Source: a virus (lineage: Duplodnaviria; Caudoviricetes). Taken from it: DNA of 36,850 bases. The notes beneath the pieces are model-generated. The model was not told the origin of the DNA and did not search any database. It worked only from the letters and a program-made list of their open reading frames with translations. The stretch is from positions 1 to 36,850 of the IMG/VR virus record IMGVR_UViG_3300025889_000368, one strand, 5' to 3'. Positions 25,499 through 35,004 of this stretch are shown here, piece by piece. Position numbers and translations under genes: made by a program. Numbering within the stretch: position 1 is the first letter of the stretch; every line of letters begins with the position of its first letter.

Positions 25499-27831
25499 CG
25501 CTTTCCGTCCGACCTGACATCAACGCGAACCTGACCAAGCCTCCACCCATATCCAGAGCCAGAGCTTTCTATTTTCATGGATGCTTGGCGGGCGCGACCC
25601 CTGATGTGGTCTTGTGTAGAAGTTCTGGTAAACAAGCTCTCTGAGAGCGGCGGGCTGTCCTGCGACCTCATTGGAAAGTCCCTTCCGTTCATCGTCACCT
25701 TGACCTGATCTGCTTCGCCTGCATCAATAAACTTGATGTCAGGCAATATGCGGCTCAGAAACAGATACCTGTCTCCGTCACCAAGATCAAAGTCGCTGCT
25801 CTCGATGTAGGCAGTCATGGGAGACCCATCGTCATCCCAATCTAGTTCGTGGCTGTATATGTAATTAGGTGCATCATAGCTACCGTCGCTGCCGCCGAAC
25901 GAGCCGGTGCCTGTAGCTTGCGTACCGACATTGATTGTAAAAAGATTGGCGTTACCACCATACGTAGCACTTGTCACAGTGTGCTGGGTATTGAGCACAA
26001 GGCTGCTAATACCATTGCCGCCCTCAAGGCCACTCAAAATAACTTGATCGCCAACACTAAGGCTGTGGGATGGAGAGGTGACAACCACCAAATCAGTACT
26101 TGTTGTTGGTGTTTGAATTGGGTTTTCTCCAAGTGTCACACTATTCACGCTGCTTGCTTTTGGGTAAGGCCGAACGGCTGCGTTGTCCCATGCTCCGCGA
26201 TTCATAGAGCCACAATACCAAATCTGTTCGTCGTAGTTATATACGACATACCTGTCGTTTATGGTTGAGCCAGACGACGGGTAGAACCAGATCACCTCCG
26301 AAAAGTCTAGGTTAGTGCCGCAAGCTACCTGAATTGCCTCGTCGTAGTTGAAGTCATCAAATACAGTGCTGAGTACAGGACAACGCAGCCGCTGCACAGA
26401 GCCAGAGTAGACATAGAACGAGCCACGGTCCATGAAGAACACAGCGCCGTTCGCATTAGCACAGGCGTTGGGTCCAACCATGGACATACCCCGACCTACA
26501 TCGTTAAACGAGAAGTAGAACGGTGAGCCTACATAGCGCATGCTCGTAAGCGCAGTGTCGCTCCAGATCAGTGTCTCAAGGCGGGTGCTTAGTGCGCCGA
26601 TAATTTCAGAGCCAGAGGATAGATCCTGAAATCCTGCGCTATTTGTAGAAAGCGGCTCCCATGTCGTCGGATCTTCTGACGACGACCATCGGACCAAGAG
26701 TTTGTCAATTTGATTGCTGCCGATCGGGTTGGCACCGAACGCGATAACGTGCCTTCCTTGCTCCGATGTCAGAACCTGAAGGGCTCGCGTAGGGCAAAAT
26801 GCTGTTCCAGCAAAATATTTTAGTACGATAGCTTCGTTAGATACTGTAATGGTGGTGCCAATCTGAATAACATATTCAGACCTAGTGTTAACTGCGGTAA
26901 CAGGCCATGTGCCCAGCAAGTCCACCGTAGAAGCTGATGTTACGACAACGTTGTCACCCACGCCTACCCCGTGGCCCTCATCTTTAATGGTGACCGCAGA
27001 ACTGGTCGAAGCGCTTGCTAGTCCGGGGTTACCTTCGGATCGGATTCTGTCGTTGAGAGCAACCGCTCTTCCACCAACACTTTCGTCCCAATAATAGATT
27101 TTGTCGAAACGCAGGTTAATCAGGAGGTCGTCCCCGTAGTTGTCCATGTTCCATACACGGGCACCAAGAGATCCTTCTGAAGCCTCTGATCCTCCCCACG
27201 GTCCCTCGTTCCAGTTTTCCTGACCCCAACCCTGCGGGGGAGTGGATACGTCAGATCCAACATTTGTTTGGTAGTTAGCAACGGCGGCTGAGTATGAGGT
27301 TGTAGACGACGGATAATAGCCATCAATCTGAATGGCATACTTGTTTGCTACATCATCTCCGTTTAAGTCGCCTAGGGCAGAGATCCTGTGTTCTTGGTCA
27401 ACACTACTATCTCCGGTGCCAGAGAGAGTTACATAGTCACCCTCTTGGGCACCATGAATGGTGTCTGTTACAAAGACAAGACTGCTGTTTGCCGTAACAT
27501 CCACAGTGACAGTTTGGTCTGCTCTGCGAATTGGCGTGATGTCTGTAATCGGAAAAGATGGCGCGGGGTCTGTGTCTGCACCCTGCACAACGTAAACCTT
27601 AGAGGTCGTGCCAATACCAAGGTGCAAGGAAGCACCGTTCGTGGCCCAGTTGTGGATGTTGCGGCACTGACCAACAAACCCTTCGGAAATAAACTTTTTC
27701 CAGCCACCAAATTTTTCTGCAAACCCTTTGCGGAAACGGACTTTATCAACGTCAAACCAGCTACCCTCATTAGAGTAGTTGGTCCCGTCAGTGTACTGTC
27801 CGGGCCTGAACACGAGTTTCAGAAACTGCAT
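25495..27831 (-). CDS. Tail nozzle / DNA stabilisation protein (P22 gp10-like) with inserted FCCH-like beta domains
   Basis: W.D.DKVRFRKG..EK.GGW N-terminus, VRWSSSED, EVIWFYPS, GWRLG..R.D...DG.R C-terminus; three H.(L/V)..GD.V beta inserts. Confidence 0.75.
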   Translation of the reverse strand: MQFLKLVFRPGQYTDGTNYSNEGSWFDVDKVRFRKGFAEKFGGWKKFISEGFVGQCRNIHNWATNGASLHLGIGTTSKVYVVQGADTDPAPSFPITDITPIRRADQTVTVDVTANSSLVFVTDTIHGAQEGDYVTLSGTGDSSVDQEHRISALGDLNGDDVANKYAIQIDGYYPSSTTSYSAAVANYQTNVGSDVSTPPQGWGQENWNEGPWGGSEASEGSLGARVWNMDNYGDDLLINLRFDKIYYWDESVGGRAVALNDRIRSEGNPGLASASTSSAVTIKDEGHGVGVGDNVVVTSASTVDLLGTWPVTAVNTRSEYVIQIGTTITVSNEAIVLKYFAGTAFCPTRALQVLTSEQGRHVIAFGANPIGSNQIDKLLVRWSSSEDPTTWEPLSTNSAGFQDLSSGSEIIGALSTRLETLIWSDTALTSMRYVGSPFYFSFNDVGRGMSMVGPNACANANGAVFFMDRGSFYVYSGSVQRLRCPVLSTVFDDFNYDEAIQVACGTNLDFSEVIWFYPSSGSTINDRYVVYNYDEQIWYCGSMNRGAWDNAAVRPYPKASSVNSVTLGENPIQTPTTSTDLVVVTSPSHSLSVGDQVILSGLEGGNGISSLVLNTQHTVTSATYGGNANLFTINVGTQATGTGSFGGSDGSYDAPNYIYSHELDWDDDGSPMTAYIESSDFDLGDGDRYLFLSRILPDIKFIDAGEADQVKVTMNGRDFPMRSQDSPPLSESLFTRTSTQDHIRGRARQASMKIESSGSGYGWRLGQVRVDVRSDGKR

Positions 27832-27832
27832 C

Positions 27833-28117
27833 TCACCACTTCACTTTATCTGCCCAATACGCAGCAGACAGCTTGCCCTTTTTGATGTTTTTTGCATGAC
27901 GAGCCTTAAATGATTTACGCCGATTGGCGTAGCTTTCGGACTCCCCCTGCTTTTTAGGACTACCCTTAACACCCTGCTGCCCGAACCTGATCAGCTTTAC
28001 TGTATCACCTTCTTTGGCCAGTACAGCGTGAGATTTTTTGGGATGACTAGGTGTTTTCTTGGGCTTGTTGTAGCCAGAAAACTTTTCTTTACCCCTAGTA
28101 TATTTATCAGCGGGCAT
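27833..28117 (-). CDS. Small highly basic phage protein (RRKSFKARH...SAAYWA..VKW type)
   Basis: K/R-rich, with a conserved-looking motif set seen in uncharacterised phage families. Confidence 0.75.
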   Translation of the reverse strand: MPADKYTRGKEKFSGYNKPKKTPSHPKKSHAVLAKEGDTVKLIRFGQQGVKGSPKKQGESESYANRRKSFKARHAKNIKKGKLSAAYWADKVKW

Positions 28118-28350
28118 TACCTGTTCCTTTTTTCTACCTTACGGAGCATTTCTTTAATATGCTCCTTGTCGGCTTCAATTGCTGCCAGTTTCTCGCCATG
28201 TAGGTCTACCTTCTGACCTACACGATCAAGCACTCCGCTCAGATGTCTAATTGTTTCTTGTGTGCCGTTTAGCCCCTGCTTGACTGCACCCCAAGCAGCA
28301 CCAGCCGCAACAAGGGCAGGAAGAAACTTGACGATAGCTTCCTCTGTCAC
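28117..28350 (-). CDS. Small membrane + coiled-coil protein (holin/XhlA-like)
   Basis: Probable GTG start 28350 (GTGA overlap); FLPALVAAGAAWGAVK followed by a coiled coil. Confidence 0.55.
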   Translation of the reverse strand: MTEEAIVKFLPALVAAGAAWGAVKQGLNGTQETIRHLSGVLDRVGQKVDLHGEKLAAIEADKEHIKEMLRKVEKRNR

Positions 28351-28514
28351 TTTGGGTCTTCCTTTTCGCAATCACAAGGAGGCTTGGTGGTCAAGATCCG
28401 CATCAGACCTTCGGTCATTATCACCGTTGTTTTGCCTACGTTGCTCTTTTTCAAGCCGTAAACAAACACTACAACAGTAGCCAGTACGAAAAATACTAAA
28501 ATTGCTGTGTTCAT
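28347..28514 (-). CDS. Small single-TM protein (55 aa)
   Basis: Not in the ORF track. MNTAILVFFVLATVVVFVYGLKKSNVG...PCDCEKEDPK*; fills the gap between 28350 and 28524. Confidence 0.6.
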   Translation of the reverse strand: MNTAILVFFVLATVVVFVYGLKKSNVGKTTVIMTEGLMRILTTKPPCDCEKEDPK

Positions 28515-28523
28515 TTCTTCTCA

Positions 28524-29099
28524 TCATCTGGCAAAGTAATCTATTACACTATAAGCAAGATTTGCTTCTACTTCATTTGCTCCATCATCGCACATTGTTG
28601 CTGTTGCTTCTAGTTTTAGTTGTGCATGATCCGTAATGCTGTCTACCTCAGACTGACTCAAGGAAAAACTTGATTCAGCCTGCCAATTAAGCTCTTCCAG
28701 CGGATCTGTGAACGGCCCTGCGGTACCAGAAGCAATTGTTGTAGAGCCCTGCTTTAGTCTTACGGTCCAAAGGACGCTAAACGTGGTTGGCTCAACACCT
28801 ACCCACTGAAACCTTACTTGATACCTGACTCTCATTCCTTGAACGGCACCAACATCGACCGGCCCAGATGGGTCTGCCATGTTCAAACTAAGAACGTCAT
28901 CGCCTGTTATTGGGCATGTTTGCGTTGTTGCGCTTGTTGCAGCCTGTGCGTATGCCGCTGTCGTTTCTACGCCAAGTTCTTGCCAAATTGGGTTAACAGT
29001 ACTAGACGACCACCCAGTAGTGGAGTCGTCAGAAGACGGAACAATCGTTTCCGTTAACGGACCGTTGCCCGTAGACCCGTGATAGCCGCAAAAGGTCAT
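28524..29099 (-). CDS. Virion structural protein (beta-rich)
   Basis: Probable start ATG 29099 just after the upstream stop; T/S/V-rich. Confidence 0.6.
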   Translation of the reverse strand: MTFCGYHGSTGNGPLTETIVPSSDDSTTGWSSSTVNPIWQELGVETTAAYAQAATSATTQTCPITGDDVLSLNMADPSGPVDVGAVQGMRVRYQVRFQWVGVEPTTFSVLWTVRLKQGSTTIASGTAGPFTDPLEELNWQAESSFSLSQSEVDSITDHAQLKLEATATMCDDGANEVEANLAYSVIDYFAR

Positions 29100-29100
29100 C

Positions 29101-29892
29101 TTACGCTGGGTGACTAAGTGTGTACGATGCCAGATACACACTATCAGTAGCATCATAGATCAGCGTAATTACGTCCTTTTCCCCGCCAGTTGATGTTGTC
29201 AGGGTGGGTGCCGCGTTGTTGCGCCACTTAAAGCTCGCGGGCCAAGTCCAAGACGCCTGAGCCCCGGTCGTTGTCTCTACGATAATCAAATAATTACCAC
29301 CATCCGCAGGATTCGTTGGAGCATTAAATGTCGCCGCTGCATCATTGGTGATTCTGACGATGTTACCCTGACTCCAATCAATATCTACATTGCCACCGGA
29401 TGCGGTCAGTCCCGTGACTGTAGCGGCATACACATGGTCTGGCTGTCTGGTAGACAGAACCTTGATCGCAGCCATGGCGTCAACGACGGCGGCACCTGCA
29501 CCCACGCCGTCCATGTAAACCATCTTGGCTTCGCCGTTTGGGATCGTAACATTCGACCCAGAGCCCTGCGAAATAACAATATCGAAACCAGCGGTCGTGC
29601 CATTTTCAATAAACATGACACGAGAAGAAGAGTTTGGCCCGATTGTAATTGTACAAATCTGGGTCATTGAGACATCTGAAGTAATCTTCAGATAGAAAGA
29701 TCGCGCAGCGTCAGCAGCCCCATCTTGCAGGGTGATTGTAGCTGTTGCCCCATCAGTAATCTCTTCTTCACCGTACCCAAACGCTTCACCAAGCAACTGC
29801 ATGTTGGTGTTAGTTAGGTTTCCCCAATTACCTTCTTCCGTGCCACTTACAATTTCAGTGAGTCGGAGGTCGTTATTAAATGTGGTGCCCAT
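29101..29892 (-). CDS. Tail fibre / tail-associated protein
   Basis: N-terminal L.LTEI..G.E.G.WG..TNTN; C-terminal IDWSQGN...WPASFKW...APTLT....DVI fibre-type domain. Confidence 0.7.
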   Translation of the reverse strand: MGTTFNNDLRLTEIVSGTEEGNWGNLTNTNMQLLGEAFGYGEEEITDGATATITLQDGAADAARSFYLKITSDVSMTQICTITIGPNSSSRVMFIENGTTAGFDIVISQGSGSNVTIPNGEAKMVYMDGVGAGAAVVDAMAAIKVLSTRQPDHVYAATVTGLTASGGNVDIDWSQGNIVRITNDAAATFNAPTNPADGGNYLIIVETTTGAQASWTWPASFKWRNNAAPTLTTSTGGEKDVITLIYDATDSVYLASYTLSHPA

Positions 29893-29894
29893 AA

Positions 29895-30119
29895 TTATTG
29901 AGAGTCATCGACAGCCACCCATCCGGGTGTCTGGCTGGTGTTACAAGGTGCCCAAGCAGGGGTCTGTGACTGATCGCACAAAAACCAACCCTTTAGTGCC
30001 ACGTTACCCTGCTGTGCAAGCATGCCAGCAGATGTGACGGCGGCAGAGTCTGAGGTTTGGTGGTCACGCAGTGCGTTAAATGGCACCAACACTTGTGCGT
30101 AACGTGTAACTCTCGACAT
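29895..30119 (-). CDS. Small virion-associated protein
   Basis: Coupled to its neighbours; SQTP.W repeated at the C-terminus. Confidence 0.6.
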   Translation of the reverse strand: MSRVTRYAQVLVPFNALRDHQTSDSAAVTSAGMLAQQGNVALKGWFLCDQSQTPAWAPCNTSQTPGWVAVDDSQ

Positions 30120-30550
30120 TACGCAATCCTGATAATGGCATTGGTTGCGTTGGCGTCAGGGAATGTGATTGTGAAATTTCCCGTGACCACAGTTTTATTT
30201 GCACCAAAGTCGAGAACCATTATGGCTCTATTCGCTTGGGTGGAGTTGTAGATAAGCGCACCCCGAGCCGTAAAAGTTGCTGAAGCCCACGTTGCGTCGG
30301 CAAAGTCGGCAATGGCTGTTGTTCCACTGAGCGATGGGTCAACTTTTGTGAGTGTTTCTCCACCCGCCGTATAGTTTGTACCCGCATCGCTCACCTCACC
30401 TGATGTCGTGTACGCTGTTGTTGTAGAGTCAAGATTTGCTACATCAGTGTACAATGCAATTTTGATTGTATCGCCAGAAGTAGTGAAGTTGTGCAAGCCC
30501 TCAAGAAGCTCCTTCTTGAATGAGTTGCATAGCCCCTGTGTGATTGCCAT
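30119..30550 (-). CDS. Conserved virion structural protein
   Basis: MAITQGLCNSFKKELL...KIALYT...YTAGG..L...ARGALIYN...VLDFG...FTITFP. Confidence 0.75.
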   Translation of the reverse strand: MAITQGLCNSFKKELLEGLHNFTTSGDTIKIALYTDVANLDSTTTAYTTSGEVSDAGTNYTAGGETLTKVDPSLSGTTAIADFADATWASATFTARGALIYNSTQANRAIMVLDFGANKTVVTGNFTITFPDANATNAIIRIA

Positions 30551-30558
30551 AAAAACTC

Positions 30559-31191
30559 CTAGCCTCGCGGCGAAAGAATGCGGTCGCTGCGATACTCGTC
30601 AGTCGTTGTGCGGCCCTCGGACTGCGCCTTAAGTGGTCCCATAGCTTCATTGTACCTGTCTCTGTACAGCGTAATCATGTCTGCGTCACCCTTCATGTAG
30701 GTGTACGCTTCAATCAAGCTGCCGTAGAGAAGTGCTTCTTCTGCAAATGTGCCAAGCCACGATGTACCAGCAGTAACAATCGTTTCTGGCAAGTAATAAT
30801 AATAGATCTCCGTGTCATAACTGGCGTCCGGTGTCGGTCCAATCAGCATCGTATCGGAGTCATATACTGCAAAGTATTTTGGCTGTCCCGTAGTGGCGTC
30901 ATTCGGGTACGTCTGTCGAATGAACCCCGGCTCACGCACCAAAAGATTCTTCCATGATCCAGATACGTCGATCTGAATGTGGGACGGCACGAGAAAATCT
31001 GTGGGTAGCGTCAAAAATTTATTTCCAAGCGTCATTTGTCCCATCTGACACCTGTAATTCACAGGAAGGTTTACCGTTCGGTAGATCCTGTTCTCTGCAA
31101 TCTTGACGAAATTCGGGACATTTCCGACAAACGACGTTTCATCGTTTTCGCAGTAGTCCTGAATTGTCTGGTTTAGTTCTGAGTAGTTCAT
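30559..31191 (-). CDS. Head-tail adaptor / tail tubular-like protein
   Basis: MNYSEL...IQDY.E, LPTDFL, G.PKYFA, GPTPD..Y, LLYGSLIEAY.YMK. Confidence 0.7.
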   Translation of the reverse strand: MNYSELNQTIQDYCENDETSFVGNVPNFVKIAENRIYRTVNLPVNYRCQMGQMTLGNKFLTLPTDFLVPSHIQIDVSGSWKNLLVREPGFIRQTYPNDATTGQPKYFAVYDSDTMLIGPTPDASYDTEIYYYYLPETIVTAGTSWLGTFAEEALLYGSLIEAYTYMKGDADMITLYRDRYNEAMGPLKAQSEGRTTTDEYRSDRILSPRG

Positions 31192-31526
31192 GTAATCACC
31201 ACACCAACCCTGCCAGAGCCGCTAAACGCTACGATGTTGCCATAAGACCCAGCGTTGCCATTACCCACTGGATTAAAAGCAGACAGCTTCCTGCTTTCAT
31301 CTTGAGCCGTGTCGGGGCGTGGGTTTTCCAGTGCCTGTGGATCTGTGTAATCTCCCATTTTGCCCAAAAAATTCTGTGGATGATCTGAGTCCCACACATC
31401 CTTCCCTACCATAAGACCTGTTTTGACTCCTGCCACATACTCTGGCTTCAGGTCGGACAGCTTGTAGCGGAACCCAGTGCGGTCGCAGAACCCGTATGCG
31501 TATTCACCAGAAGCAGTCCTAGACAC
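31188..31526 (-). CDS. Conserved hypothetical virion-region protein
   Basis: Probable GTG start 31526 (SD GGGAGG); ASG.YA.G.CDR.GFRY.L..L...D.DHPQ...DPQAL..PRPD. Confidence 0.7.
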   Translation of the reverse strand: MSRTASGEYAYGFCDRTGFRYKLSDLKPEYVAGVKTGLMVGKDVWDSDHPQNFLGKMGDYTDPQALENPRPDTAQDESRKLSAFNPVGNGNAGSYGNIVAFSGSGRVGVVIT

Positions 31527-32199
31527 GGTAGCCTCCCGGTACGAGGCGCATAGAAGACCTGTCGCGGTCCTGAGACTGCGCAAGGTCCCACTGTGCCTCA
31601 TACTCCGCCTTGAGCATTGGAGCGCGCTGTAGGGCCTCTGGGTACTTCATGCTGATCTGGTACGCCAGACCGGCCACAAGACACGGCAGAAAGCGGAATG
31701 GCGTGTCTGCGGTTAGCTCACCCGACTCCCCGGCATCTTCAATTCTACGCAGCCTCTGGTAAACAAACGTGTAGTTTTGATCGGGCACCGGCCACAGGTA
31801 CGCCACTGGTGCATCCTTTTGTTTGTCTACAAAAATATTTACAGGGCGTCCTGTAGAGTTTTTGTTGGGCAGGTTTGAGTACTGAGAAACACTGATACGC
31901 GACAGACTTAGATCGTTTTGAGTCTGGCCAGATCCGGTACGAATCCAATACTCAATAAGATCTACCGTATCAGCAGGAAGCGTTACCGTAGCTACGCCAT
32001 TTGTAGCCGTAGCGGTCCCCTGCTCGACAGTCCAGAAGTTTGTGCCCCTGTTTGACCATTCAATTGTCAGAAGATTTAGAGACCGGATAGCGGTCTTCAT
32101 GTCGTATCCGGTGCGCAGCTTCAAGCCGCAACGATCGAATGCTTCTTCTACAATCTCAGAAAGATCTAGGTCAAATACTGATGTTCCAGAAGTGGCCAT
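31519..32199 (-). CDS. Head-tail adaptor / tail tubular protein A-like
   Basis: MATSGT..FDLD..EIVEEAF.RCG, RSLNLL..EW.NRG, GRP, LWPVPD, P.RFLPCLVAGLAY. Confidence 0.72.
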   Translation of the reverse strand: MATSGTSVFDLDLSEIVEEAFDRCGLKLRTGYDMKTAIRSLNLLTIEWSNRGTNFWTVEQGTATATNGVATVTLPADTVDLIEYWIRTGSGQTQNDLSLSRISVSQYSNLPNKNSTGRPVNIFVDKQKDAPVAYLWPVPDQNYTFVYQRLRRIEDAGESGELTADTPFRFLPCLVAGLAYQISMKYPEALQRAPMLKAEYEAQWDLAQSQDRDRSSMRLVPGGYRV

Positions 32200-32207
32200 G
32201 TATACCC

Positions 32208-32810
32208 CTAAACAATAATAAAGGTATCGCCGGATACAGACGCCGTAGCAATACCCTCACTGTAGCTAATTACACCGCTCACGCTAGTGTAATCAGTAAT
32301 TACAGCGGCGCATCCTTGAGCAGTGCCAGCGGTAAATACAATAGTTCTACCAATAAGCTCGTTGTTTTCAAATCCTGAAAGATCTGATTCATTTGACGTA
32401 GTTGTTGGCGTCCCACTTGCAGCACCTGTGATGATACCAGCCGCAGACGCCTTGAGCTTCTGCTCTTCCGATGTCTCAATCGTAAACTCTGCAACCCACG
32501 CTTCTACAGTTTCGCCGTCAACGGTAGCAGTCGGCGTAAATGCAACATTATACTTTTTACCAAGCTCCCAAAAAGATGCAGGATTGGATGTCATATCAAT
32601 AGTGAATACATGCAGTCCTGTGCTACCATTGATTGCTTCGTTAAAGGCGTATCCAGTAGTGTCGGCCCTAGCGGTTGTGCCGTCCTTGTAAACCTCAAAG
32701 TCGCCAACCACGGGCGTTGCACTGAACCCGACAGTGCCGCCAGACCCAGTGTTGGTACTAATGGGAATATAAAGCGTTGAACCAAAGTCAACGGTTCCAA
32801 GATGAATCAT
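32208..32810 (-). CDS. Virion structural/decoration protein
   Basis: Beta-rich; C-terminal GRTIVFT.GTA.G...DTF.IV domain shared with 36531-36848. Confidence 0.65.
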   Translation of the reverse strand: MIHLGTVDFGSTLYIPISTNTGSGGTVGFSATPVVGDFEVYKDGTTARADTTGYAFNEAINGSTGLHVFTIDMTSNPASFWELGKKYNVAFTPTATVDGETVEAWVAEFTIETSEEQKLKASAAGIITGAASGTPTTTSNESDLSGFENNELIGRTIVFTAGTAQGCAAVITDYTSVSGVISYSEGIATASVSGDTFIIV

Positions 32811-32811
32811 G

Positions 32812-34590
32812 TTACAACCCCATCGGCTTCAACACGGTAAAGTATTTTACAGTGCTAGTAATAATATCTGGATAAGTGCCGTTCGATTCGAGTGCAGGCC
32901 CGTATTTAGTAGCCGTCAAAAAATTTGTCATTGTGTACGAATTAAATCCTTTTGATGATTCATTGACACTCGTACCAATTTCATATCTATAGTTCCAATT
33001 ATCTAAGGTTATCTTGTCACCTACGACTCGAATACGAAACCTCAGAAGATTTGTGTCGGTGCTGCCAGAAGCATTGGCAAATGAAACCGTAGATTCTGTG
33101 CCAGCAACACATTCGTAAAACGTATACCTAGTGCTACTACAAGTTACCCTGTAGTAATTGTTTTCGTCCACATACCGAATAACAGCACCACCACTGGCCT
33201 CAGATCCTGTGTCATAGTTGGTGTCTATGACCATGTCAATCACGACATCTGTTTCACCAGTATCTATGACGGCAGCAAATGTATCGGTAGACCTAGCGTT
33301 GAAGTTTAGCGTTGCGAGCATATTGCTCCCTGTGCCAAAAAACTCGCCAATCTGAACAGTGTCCGAGTTTACTACCGAAATACTGTATGTTTTGCCTTCA
33401 TAGCTTGGGAGAGGGCTACCTCCGGGATCTGTTACAACATTTGTAAGAGTTAGCCTGTCGCCATTATTTGCTCCATGTCCCACAACAGTAAATTGATGTT
33501 GCTCACTAGACCCCAAATTTCCTACGTACACACCAGAAACACTACTAAGAGGGCCTAGTCTTGGCTCAGGCAGCACCAAGTTTCCATTGCTTGCTATGTG
33601 TCCATTTGCGCCAGTACCAAACAAAGCCCTTGCATCAAATGTCGGGTTTGATCCGTCAAATGAATAGTCAACTGTTGTACCGTTTACTGTAAGAGAATCA
33701 CCCTCGAAGGCATGGTAAAACAAAACCTGTTGAGGGTAATCCAGTATAGGTATTTCGGTAAGCTTTGTAGCATTAAATGTAGCTCGCGGGTCTACCTCTT
33801 TTTGCAAAAAGGCTTCCCACAACTCAGTTACCTTTGCTTGATCTGCTATATAGTCAGTAATCCAAGTAATATTTTGAAACTTGCCGTCGCCCCCGCCTGT
33901 GCCAAACATTTCGACACCAAGGTCACTTCCGCTCCATGCGGCAGTTGACCAACCTGATGCAGTGCCAGCCTCTTCTCCATCTAGGTAAACAACAACATCG
34001 CCACTGCCGTTGACTGTAAAGACCACCAAGCGAACAAGACTGCCCTTATGCCTAGTAAACCTGTTAGAAAGAGCTAATGACTGACCGTTATTGTTACTCG
34101 AAACAAATTGTGAGTTATCAACATCAAACTTCAGACCCTGTTCAACTCCAGCCCTGAACCGAAGAATTTCTGCACCGCCGTCAATCTGGTCATGAGTGTA
34201 GGCTGAAATAAATGTTCCGGGTCCACGAGGTTTGACGTTGGCAGCAGGAATTAAATCTGAAGTAGGTATCACCACAGAAAGATTTCCTGCACCAGATCTA
34301 TTGGCACTGGACGTAAACGTGCTATTAAACGGTGCCCTGCCTAGTTGAGTAAGCCCTTCTACAGTCAGACCTTCGTTCTGGTAGTCTGCATGATATGAGT
34401 TGGGGCCAGAATCTATTGCAACGCTACTGCCTGTTGCTTCTTGGAAGTAAAAAGCAAATCCTTCGCCCGTCAGGATTCCATTAATAACAGTTCGCAACGT
34501 AGCCCCAGCCGAACCTCTATGTATGTAGTCATAGAAGCTGGGTGTCGGCCCAACAAGAGACCCCCAAAGGTTGACAGGCTTTACGGGCAT
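32812..34590 (-). CDS. Receptor-binding/decoration protein with LamG (ConA-like) domains
   Basis: F.E..G...A.DSG N-terminus, VVVYLDGE LamG-like strand, an HG..NGD insert, and a second lectin-like domain (RYVDENNYY). Confidence 0.6.
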   Translation of the reverse strand: MPVKPVNLWGSLVGPTPSFYDYIHRGSAGATLRTVINGILTGEGFAFYFQEATGSSVAIDSGPNSYHADYQNEGLTVEGLTQLGRAPFNSTFTSSANRSGAGNLSVVIPTSDLIPAANVKPRGPGTFISAYTHDQIDGGAEILRFRAGVEQGLKFDVDNSQFVSSNNNGQSLALSNRFTRHKGSLVRLVVFTVNGSGDVVVYLDGEEAGTASGWSTAAWSGSDLGVEMFGTGGGDGKFQNITWITDYIADQAKVTELWEAFLQKEVDPRATFNATKLTEIPILDYPQQVLFYHAFEGDSLTVNGTTVDYSFDGSNPTFDARALFGTGANGHIASNGNLVLPEPRLGPLSSVSGVYVGNLGSSEQHQFTVVGHGANNGDRLTLTNVVTDPGGSPLPSYEGKTYSISVVNSDTVQIGEFFGTGSNMLATLNFNARSTDTFAAVIDTGETDVVIDMVIDTNYDTGSEASGGAVIRYVDENNYYRVTCSSTRYTFYECVAGTESTVSFANASGSTDTNLLRFRIRVVGDKITLDNWNYRYEIGTSVNESSKGFNSYTMTNFLTATKYGPALESNGTYPDIITSTVKYFTVLKPMGL

Positions 34591-34991
34591 TAGACGTATT
34601 TCTTATCCATAACAAGCATGACAAAGTAGCGGTCACTCAAGTCAGCACCTGTCGTAGTAAAGTTAATATCACCCGTAACACCGGCACCTGCATTGTTTGT
34701 AAGCGGCCCAGTATCCCTGAAGTCAAACACACCCTGACTACTCAGGCTCAAGCAAAGAGCGTCAACCGTGGCATCCCACAAAATATCTACAGACATGCCA
34801 GACAGGTCGTAATAAATACGACTAATCGCAACCTCGGTGCATACACGTCCTGTGCGACTTTCAGGCTGAAGTGTAGATACATCTACTTTCTGTACGGCAG
34901 CTTCACCTGTTCCGTCAGAAATATTTGTGAACTTCATAACGACTTGCCGGTCGCCATCGTGAATGATCTGTGTTGTTACTGCGTCAGCCAT
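34590..34991 (-). CDS. Conserved 133-aa virion protein
   Basis: MADAVTTQII.DG.R..VMKFTNISDGTGE..V.KVDVS.L...ILWDAT...GDI.FTT; SD GAAGGTG. Confidence 0.75.
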   Translation of the reverse strand: MADAVTTQIIHDGDRQVVMKFTNISDGTGEAAVQKVDVSTLQPESRTGRVCTEVAISRIYYDLSGMSVDILWDATVDALCLSLSSQGVFDFRDTGPLTNNAGAGVTGDINFTTTGADLSDRYFVMLVMDKKYV

Positions 34992-35004
34992 TTTTCACCT
35001 TCAG

